From the NCBI GenBank assembly GCA_963717285.1, contig CAVQVW010000001.1, forward strand, positions 3,217-67,216: a stretch of DNA of 64,000 nucleotides, given 5' to 3'. Positions 57,636-64,000 of the stretch are shown here, one piece after another; position 1 is the first letter of the stretch, and each line of letters opens with the position of its first letter. Below the pieces are notes generated by a model. The model was not told the DNA's origin. It saw only the letters and a program-made list of their open reading frames with translations, and made no database searches. The translations under genes and the position numbers were made by a program. This DNA comes from an uncultured Thermoleophilia bacterium. Lineage in GTDB: Bacteria; Actinomycetota; Thermoleophilia; UBA2241.

Positions 57636-58910
57636 ATGGAGGATCCCATAGCGACACAGCATCCCCTGGCACGGCCCTGGTATCGGGAGCTGCTGCTCGT
57701 GGCGGCCCTCGTCGGCCTGCTCGTCGGCCTGCTCGGCCTGGTCTACCTCGGCCTCACCGGCGCCTTGTCGGACGCGGTCTTCGGCGAGCCCCGCTGGGAG
57801 GCCTGGTCGGGTGAGTGGTGGTGGGTCCCGGTCGTGGCCGCAGGCGGCGTGCTCGTCACCGCCCTGCGCGGATGGTGGCACGCCCCCGACGACATCCCCG
57901 GGGGCGTCGCCATCATCGAGTCGGGCGTCGTCGACCACCGGGCGGCGCCCTCATGGGTGGGGCTCGCCCTCGTCTCGGCGGTGGCCGGAGCGAGCCTCGG
58001 CCCCTCGTTCGCGCTGGTGATGATGGGCGGAGGTCTCGCCTCATGGATCGCCTCCCGCCGCTGGGCCGGCAACGAGGACGCCCGCCTGCAGGCGACGCTG
58101 GCGGGCATCGCCGGCGGCTTCGGCGGCGCCTTCACCTCGCCGCTGCTGGCGACCGTCATGGTCAGCGAGCTCGGCCCCACGCCGCGGGCCAAGTACGTCG
58201 AGGCGCTCATCCCGCAGGTGATCGCCGCGACGGTGGCCTTCGGCCTCTACTTCGGGGTGGTCGGTACCACCTTCCTCAACAGCTTCGCGATCCCGGTCGA
58301 TGAGTTCGCGCCCTGGCAGCTCGCCATCGGCGTCGCCCTCGGCGCCGCCTCGAGCGTCATCCTCTTCCTCTTCGTGATCATCGTGAAGGCGATCAGCTTG
58401 GTGGCCAAGAAGATGCCGCACCCCTACGTGCGCGGCCTTCTCGGGGGGGGCCTGGTCGGACTGCTGGCGTATGCTCTCCCGCTGACGGTCGGAGCCGGCA
58501 ACAGCCAGCTCGCCGCGGTCATCGACAACAGCGCCTCGATCGGCGTCTGGCTGCTCCTGGCGGTGCTCCTCGGCAAGATGCTGGCCATGGCGCTCAGCCT
58601 GTCGGCCGGCTTCATCGGCGGCAACGTCCTGCCGATGCTGTTCGTCGGCGGCACCGCCGGCGTCGTCGTCCACCTGATCTTCCCCGACATCCCCTACGCG
58701 ATCGCCGTGGGATGCATGCTCTCCGCCGTCCCCGGCGCCTACATCAAGGCCCCCATCGGCCTCACAGCGATCGCCTTCCTCTCGATCGGGCTGGGTCCGG
58801 TGACGACCGCGCCGGTGGCGATCGCCGTCGTCACGTCCTACCTGCTCACCGCAGCAGCCCTGAAGGCGATCCGCGCCCGCCGGGTCGCGGTGGCTCCGGT
58901 CCATGCCTGA
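57636..58910 (+). CDS. ClC-family chloride channel / voltage-gated chloride channel-like protein
   Basis: About 424 aa and 10+ TM segments. 'GASLGPSFALVMMGGG' and 'GGAFTSPL' resemble ClC selectivity-filter segments. Assignment from memory, moderate. Confidence 0.5.
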   Translation: MEDPIATQHPLARPWYRELLLVAALVGLLVGLLGLVYLGLTGALSDAVFGEPRWEAWSGEWWWVPVVAAGGVLVTALRGWWHAPDDIPGGVAIIESGVVDHRAAPSWVGLALVSAVAGASLGPSFALVMMGGGLASWIASRRWAGNEDARLQATLAGIAGGFGGAFTSPLLATVMVSELGPTPRAKYVEALIPQVIAATVAFGLYFGVVGTTFLNSFAIPVDEFAPWQLAIGVALGAASSVILFLFVIIVKAISLVAKKMPHPYVRGLLGGGLVGLLAYALPLTVGAGNSQLAAVIDNSASIGVWLLLAVLLGKMLAMALSLSAGFIGGNVLPMLFVGGTAGVVVHLIFPDIPYAIAVGCMLSAVPGAYIKAPIGLTAIAFLSIGLGPVTTAPVAIAVVTSYLLTAAALKAIRARRVAVAPVHA

Positions 58911-59601
58911 GGACGGGCCGTCATGGACGACTGACAGCGAATCGCGTGTGCGACGACTCGCCGTCATCGCGGCGACGTTGTTCGTCCTCTTCGCCGCGCT
59001 GGCGGTCGCCGTTGCCGTTCACCCAGCTCCATTCTCCGTGGACCGGTGGTGGGCGAAGACCATGGACGCCCTGCGGAGCGATGCGACCGAGTCAGCGGCT
59101 CTCGTCCTGAACGCGGTCGGCAGCTTCCCGCTGAGTCTGGCCATCGTCCTCGTCGTCGGGCTCCTGCTCTGGCGTCTCCGCACCAGACTCGACGCAGCCA
59201 CGTTCCTCGCAGCGGAGGCCGCCTCGTGGGCCATCGCCAACCTCACCAAACTGGCGGTCTCTCGCCCGCGCCCACTCGACGGGCTCGTCGACACCTCGAG
59301 CGCATCGTTTCCCTCCGGCCACACGGCCTTCGCCGCCGTGACGGCCGTCACGCTCGTCGGCCTCTCTTGTACTTCGCGCAGAGGACGAGGCTGGGCCTTG
59401 CTCGCCGCCGTCCTGGCGCTCACAATGGCCTGGAGCCGTACGTACTTGATGGTGCACTGGTTCACCGATGTCATCGCAGGCCTGACGGTCGGTGCCGCCG
59501 TGGGGTTCACGGCTCTGGCGGGAAGGGCTTGGCTACTGGAACGCGCGGCGGCGGACCACGTCGTGCGAGATCGCGAAGGAGGCAGGGCGACCGATGAATG
59601 A
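58903..59601 (+). CDS. PAP2-family lipid phosphatase
   Basis: 'SRPRP...SFPSGHTAFAA...SRTYLMVHWFTDVIAG' gives the three PAP2 motifs. It overlaps the ClC stop and the DAGK start by 8 nt each. Confidence 0.7.
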   Translation: MPEDGPSWTTDSESRVRRLAVIAATLFVLFAALAVAVAVHPAPFSVDRWWAKTMDALRSDATESAALVLNAVGSFPLSLAIVLVVGLLLWRLRTRLDAATFLAAEAASWAIANLTKLAVSRPRPLDGLVDTSSASFPSGHTAFAAVTAVTLVGLSCTSRRGRGWALLAAVLALTMAWSRTYLMVHWFTDVIAGLTVGAAVGFTALAGRAWLLERAAADHVVRDREGGRATDE

Positions 59602-61036
59602 GACCATCGACGGACCGGCTTCGATGCGGCGTCTCGCGGCGATCGTTGCGCTGCTCCTGGTCGCGGCCGTGCTCGTCGCCACCGCGATCATCCTCCTCAA
59701 CGACCCCCTGATCCTCGTGGGCCAGGCACTGCTGATCGCCGTCGTCGTCACCGCAGCTTGGGTCGCGGTGACTCGGGCTGCGGCGATGCGCTGGCTGGCC
59801 GCAGCCATCGCGATAGCCGGCATCGTCGCCATCGTCGCACTTGAACTCCAAAGGGAGGGACGCGCCGGCCTCTCGCTGGTGGTGCGCATCGCCCTGGTGC
59901 TGGTGGCCGCCTGGCTGGGGCGCTACGCCCTCGGCCGCGATCCGCGCACGCTGCAGGAGAGCGAGACGCCAGGCACCCCGGTACCCGCCGCCACGCGAGG
60001 CGCGCTCATCATGAACCTCAAGTCCGGCGGCGGAAAGGCGGAGCGCTTCCAGCTACCCAAGGAGTGCCGGGCCCGCGGCATCGAGCCTATCGTCCTGGCG
60101 TGGGGCGACGACCTGTCGAAGCTTGCCCACGACGCGAAGGAGAGCCGAGCACGCGGCAGCGAGCCGCTCGTCGAGACGTGGGGCGACGACCTGTCGAAGC
60201 TTGCCCACGACGCGATCGACCGCGGGGCGGACGTGATCGGCATGGCCGGCGGCGACGGCTCCCAGGCCCTCGTCGCCAACATCGCCGCCGAGCGCGGCGT
60301 GCCGATGGTGGTCATCCCCGCCGGCACGCGCAATCACTTCGCGCTCGATCTCGGCCTCGACCGCGACGACGTCGTCGGTGCCCTGGACGCGTACGGCACG
60401 GCAGTCGAGAGCACGATCGACCTCGGCGACGTCAACGGGCGCGTGTTCGTCAACAACGTGTCGATGGGCCTGTACGCAGTCATTGTCAAGTCACCCGAGT
60501 ATCGCGACGCCAAGATGGACACCACGCTGGCAGCGCTACCCCAGATGCTTGGTCCGGACACCAAGCCGTTCGACCTGCGCTTCACCAGCGGCGACGGCGT
60601 GCAACACGACGGCGCCCACGTCGTCCAAGTCTCGAACAACCCCTACGGCGGGACGCTGGCGACGATGGCCACGCGACCACGCCTCGACACGGGCCAGCTC
60701 GGCGTCTACGGCATCGTGGCGCCTGAAGCGCTCGGCGTCACGCGCTTCCTGGCCCAACTCGCGATAGGGCATCCCGAGCGCTACGAAGGCTACTCGACGT
60801 GGAGCGAGCCAAGGTTCGAGATCACCTCGGGGTCCCCCATCGCCGTGGGACTCGACGGCGAGTCCCTCACCATGGACCCACCCCTCGTCTTCACGTCGCG
60901 GCCGGGCGTGCTCCGCACCAGACTGCCGCGACGGGCGCGCGGCTACTCGCCTGCCGCCACGTCCCAGACCTTGGGGCAGATGGTGGCCAGTCTGTGGCGC
61001 ATCACGCTTGGGCGACCGGTGCGCATCGGCGACTGA
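59594..61036 (+). CDS. Diacylglycerol kinase catalytic-domain lipid kinase (YegS/BmrU-like) with N-terminal TM segments and an internal 26-aa tandem duplication
   Basis: 'MAGGDGSQALVANIA' is the GGDGS motif. The duplicated 'RG(I/S)EP(I/L)V..WGDDLSKLAHDA' segment is encoded by a 78-bp tandem repeat. Confidence 0.7.
   Translation: MNETIDGPASMRRLAAIVALLLVAAVLVATAIILLNDPLILVGQALLIAVVVTAAWVAVTRAAAMRWLAAAIAIAGIVAIVALELQREGRAGLSLVVRIALVLVAAWLGRYALGRDPRTLQESETPGTPVPAATRGALIMNLKSGGGKAERFQLPKECRARGIEPIVLAWGDDLSKLAHDAKESRARGSEPLVETWGDDLSKLAHDAIDRGADVIGMAGGDGSQALVANIAAERGVPMVVIPAGTRNHFALDLGLDRDDVVGALDAYGTAVESTIDLGDVNGRVFVNNVSMGLYAVIVKSPEYRDAKMDTTLAALPQMLGPDTKPFDLRFTSGDGVQHDGAHVVQVSNNPYGGTLATMATRPRLDTGQLGVYGIVAPEALGVTRFLAQLAIGHPERYEGYSTWSEPRFEITSGSPIAVGLDGESLTMDPPLVFTSRPGVLRTRLPRRARGYSPAATSQTLGQMVASLWRITLGRPVRIGD
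60100..60215 (+). repeat. 78-bp in-frame tandem duplication with a 38-bp perfect core
   Basis: 'gtggggcgacgacctgtcgaagcttgcccacgacgcga' occurs at 60100-60137 and again at 60178-60215. Confidence 0.8.
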
Positions 61037-61048
61037 CGGCTCCCCGAC

Positions 61049-62758
61049 CTAGTCGTCGGACTCCCCGCCGATCGCCGCCATGGCACGCGGCATCGACGCG
61101 TAGAAGTGGTCGCGGTCGAGGGTCTCGTAGAGACCGTAGTCGAGGATCAGGTCCTGCAGGCGGCTGCGCAACTCGACGAAGCCGAGGTGGATACCCTGGG
61201 CGTTGAGCTCGAGATCCAGCCCCTTGAGCATGTCGGCGGCGGTCACATCGATGTCGGTGATCGCCTCGCATTGAAGGACGATCCAGTCCGGCCGGCGACG
61301 CAGCACCAGCCGGCGGACCTGCTGGCGGAAGATGCCCGCGTTGGCGAAGAACAGGGGGGCCTCCCAGCGGAACACCACGATGCCCGGCACCTCCTTCGCC
61401 TCGGGGAAGTGCGACAGAGCGTGCCACCCGTCGAGCTCGGCGTCATAGCCGAGGACCTCGCCCGGCGGCCACCAGCTCCGCCGGAAGAAGAGGATGATCG
61501 CCAGCGCAACCGCGACGAGGATACCCTCCAGCACGCCGAACAGGATGACGCCTACCGTCGCCACGAGAGAGAGCGCCAGTGACGTCTTGCGCACTCGCCA
61601 GTAGACGCGCAGGACGCCGAGGTCGGCGAGTGAGAGGGCTGCCGCGATGACGACGGCAGCCAGGGCTGTCTGGGGCAGGTCCTTGAGAAAGGACGGAAAG
61701 AACACCAGCAAGGCGACGACGATGCCGGCGCCAACCAGGCCGGTGACCTGGCTCTTCGCGCCGGCCTGGTCGGCGACCGCGGTGCGCGAGCTGCTCACGG
61801 ACACCGCGAACCCCTGGAAGACGCCGGCGGCGAGGTTCGCAGAGCCGACGCCGATCATCTCCTGGTTCGGATCGACCTCGTCACCCCGTCGCGCCGCGAA
61901 GCTCGTCGACGTGGCGATCGTGTCGGCCAGAGAGACCATGACGATGCCGACTGCGGCGGCGGCCAGCAAGGCGAGATCGCTGTAGCTGGTCCAGGGGAAG
62001 GACGGGACCGGCAGACCCGAAGGCAGGACGCCGACCGTCTTCACCCCCTCGTCTGCGAGGCCTAGCGCGGCCGTCACGATCGTGGCCCCGCCGACCGCCA
62101 CGAGCACCGCGGGCACCTTCTTCGTCACTCGCGGCATTCCGATCATCACCAGGAGCGTCGCCAGACCGATGGCCAACGCGACGCCGTCGGTGGCGTCGAG
62201 TCCGGAGAAGAAGGCGGCGACCTCCTCGATGAAGCCGTCGGCCTCAGTCGAGAACCCGAACAGCTTGGGAAGCTGCCCGACGATGATCGTGACGGCGAGC
62301 CCGTTCATGTAGCCGGCCTGGACCTCCTTCGAGAGCAGGTCGGCGATGAAGCCGAGCTTGCCGATGCCCATGCCGATCTCAATGACGCCGACCATCAGGG
62401 CCAGCATCCCGGCCAGCGCGATCATGCTGGCCGGATCCCCGCCGGCGACCAGCGGGATGATGGCGGCGAAGATCAGGGGCGAGACCGACGAGTCCGGTCC
62501 AAGCACGAGGACGCGCGAGGGGCCCATCAGAGCGTAGGCGACGAGACAGGCGATCGTCGTGTAGAGGCCCGTCACAGCGGGCAGGCCTGCGAGCTCGGCG
62601 TAGGCAAGCCCCTGAGGCACGAGGATGGCCGCCAGTACGATGCCCGCGACCAGGTCGAAGCGGAGCCACTCGCGCTTGTAGGACCTCACCATACTGATCC
62701 CGGGCACCCACTTGGTGAACCCGTGGGAGTGCGAGTGCTCGCTCTCCTCCGCGGCCAT
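61049..62758 (-). CDS. SulP-family anion transporter with a C-terminal STAS domain
   Basis: 'SYKREWLRFDLVAGIVLAAILVPQGLAYAELAGLPAVTGLYT' is the SulP N-terminal signature. C-terminal STAS domain 'VVFRWEAPLFFANA'. An alternative ATG lies at about 62692. Confidence 0.8.
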   Translation of the reverse strand: MAAEESEHSHSHGFTKWVPGISMVRSYKREWLRFDLVAGIVLAAILVPQGLAYAELAGLPAVTGLYTTIACLVAYALMGPSRVLVLGPDSSVSPLIFAAIIPLVAGGDPASMIALAGMLALMVGVIEIGMGIGKLGFIADLLSKEVQAGYMNGLAVTIIVGQLPKLFGFSTEADGFIEEVAAFFSGLDATDGVALAIGLATLLVMIGMPRVTKKVPAVLVAVGGATIVTAALGLADEGVKTVGVLPSGLPVPSFPWTSYSDLALLAAAAVGIVMVSLADTIATSTSFAARRGDEVDPNQEMIGVGSANLAAGVFQGFAVSVSSSRTAVADQAGAKSQVTGLVGAGIVVALLVFFPSFLKDLPQTALAAVVIAAALSLADLGVLRVYWRVRKTSLALSLVATVGVILFGVLEGILVAVALAIILFFRRSWWPPGEVLGYDAELDGWHALSHFPEAKEVPGIVVFRWEAPLFFANAGIFRQQVRRLVLRRRPDWIVLQCEAITDIDVTAADMLKGLDLELNAQGIHLGFVELRSRLQDLILDYGLYETLDRDHFYASMPRAMAAIGGESDD

Positions 62759-62837
62759 CTCCCGCTCCCCCGTGCCCTCGGCAGCCAATCTCCCTACCCC
62801 CCGTCCCCCGTGTGCCACGGGATGGTAGCATGGGGCC

Positions 62838-63494
62838 GTGAGCGAGACACCTGCACGGAGCACAGCCGAGAACACGGCCGATTCGCCAACGGAGGCCATT
62901 CAGCCGGAGACCGATTTGGGCAGTGCTCGTCTGAGCGACGCCCTGCGCGAGCTGAAGAGGGTGGATGACGCGGTCTACCGCGCCGTCGAACGGACCCGCA
63001 CCCCGGTCATCGATGCGCCACTGCGCCGCCTGTCCGCGTTCGCCAATCACTCGAAGCTCTGGCTCGCCATCGCCGCACCGCTGTTCGTCTTCGGCGGACT
63101 AAAGGGTCGCCGAGCAGCCGTCAGCGGAGTAGTCGCCATCGGGGTCAACTCGTTTGTCGTGAACGTCCCACTGAAAGCCATTGCCCACCGCGCCCGGCCC
63201 GTGAGGGACACCGAGAACGGTGCGGCGGCGCGCCACGTGAGCATGCCGACATCACGGTCTTTCCCCTCGGGGCACTCGGCGTCAGCCTTCGCCTTCGCCA
63301 CAGCCGTCGCGTCCTTCGTGCCCGAGTTCGGCCTGCCATTGCGCGGACTCGCGGCGGTCGTCGCATACTCGCGCGTCCATATCGGAGTGCACTACCCCGG
63401 CGATGTGGTCGTCGGCTCCCTCGTCGGGATCGCGATCGGCGAAAGCACCGCTCTGACGACACGATCCTTCTTGCGCGAGCGCGACGCTCGCTGA
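62838..63494 (+). CDS. PAP2-family phosphatase (second copy)
   Basis: 'KAIAHRARP...SFPSGHSASAFAFA...SRVHIGVHYPGDVVVG'. Confidence 0.7.
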   Translation: MSETPARSTAENTADSPTEAIQPETDLGSARLSDALRELKRVDDAVYRAVERTRTPVIDAPLRRLSAFANHSKLWLAIAAPLFVFGGLKGRRAAVSGVVAIGVNSFVVNVPLKAIAHRARPVRDTENGAAARHVSMPTSRSFPSGHSASAFAFATAVASFVPEFGLPLRGLAAVVAYSRVHIGVHYPGDVVVGSLVGIAIGESTALTTRSFLRERDAR

Positions 63495-63560
63495 AGGCCT
63501 GGCGTTCGCGTCCGTGAGCCTGGTCGCAGCGGGCTCCTGACAGAAGCGCGCGACTCCCCC

Positions 63561-64000
63561 TTACGTCGACCGCTCGCGGACCACCTTGGCGATGTCGATC
63601 CGCTCCACCGCGCGCAGCACAGGCCACTGAGAGACCAGCGCGGCGGTGAGCAGGGCCAGGGCGACGGCCACCGGCGTCCACGGGCGCAGCACCAGATCGA
63701 ACGTGAACAGGTCGCTGCTGAACGAGGTCATGAAGGCCGCCGCGGCGTAGTAGCCGACGATCAGCCCGGGGATGATCCCAAGGACCGTGAGGAGCATGTT
63801 CTCGCTGGTGATCAGCATCGTCAGGCGCCGCCGCCCCATGCCCGCGGCGCGCAGCGAAGCCATCTCGGTGAGACGCTCGGATATGTTGGACGACATCGTG
63901 GTGTAGATGAGTGCCAGAGCCATGACGCCCCCCAGGACGACCATCAGGCCCACGAAAGCGTAGAACAGTCCCATGTAGGACTGGGCCATCTCGTAGAGCG
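63561..64000 (-). CDS. C-terminal part of an FtsX-like ABC transporter permease; the gene continues beyond the window
   Basis: 'LRAAGMGRRRLTMLITSENMLLTVLGIIPGLIVG' is typical of the MacB/FtsX permease C-terminal TM bundle. Confidence 0.55.
   Translation of the reverse strand, partial: LYEMAQSYMGLFYAFVGLMVVLGGVMALALIYTTMSSNISERLTEMASLRAAGMGRRRLTMLITSENMLLTVLGIIPGLIVGYYAAAAFMTSFSSDLFTFDLVLRPWTPVAVALALLTAALVSQWPVLRAVERIDIAKVVRERST

Overview
This is a high-GC (~68-70%) Gram-positive-type chromosomal window. Most content is metabolic, with a decayed mobile element at the left end.

(1) Positions ~1-8237 look like a degraded integrative element sitting next to a tRNA-Arg/tRNA-Gly/tRNA-Pro cluster. 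It carries a frameshifted tyrosine integrase, an excisionase, a DnaB-like helicase fragment, an iteron-like array, a dinB pseudogene split over three frames and a truncated MalT/LuxR-type ATPase.

(2) An SOS module follows: lexA, preceded by two Cheo-type LexA boxes, and translationally coupled to a small zinc-ribbon protein and a ChiZ-like LysM membrane protein. hutH-hutI sit just beyond.

(3) A complete Stickland-type oxidative L-ornithine degradation pathway is present (orr, oraS, oraE, mutL-like, ord, ortA, ortB), together with a catabolic-type ornithine carbamoyltransferase. The pathway is split into three separated units. A conserved 19-bp inverted repeat (TTGCATA-N5-TATGCAA) lies in the leaders of both orr and ord. 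A COG2403 P-loop protein is translationally coupled to orr.

(4) A BKACE-GNAT fusion gene and a glutaminase-less asparagine-synthetase-like gene lie directly upstream of ord.

(5) Other content: an Lhr helicase; two polyferredoxin membrane proteins with a CBS protein and a DUF362 lipoprotein; glpD and uspA; a protein O-mannosyltransferase; a subtilase with a C-terminal pentapeptide-repeat tail; an SLH-NlpC/P60 hydrolase with three near-perfect 309-bp tandem repeats; three DUF1269 paralogs; a rhodanese/SsuA-like/TetR cluster; and an overlapping ClC-PAP2-diacylglycerol-kinase operon next to a SulP transporter.

No CRISPR arrays or rRNA genes are seen. At least about 18 single-nucleotide frameshifts interrupt otherwise intact genes, several at homopolymers, so assembly indel error cannot be separated from real pseudogenisation. 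My own coordinate reading may be off by about 1 nt in places.
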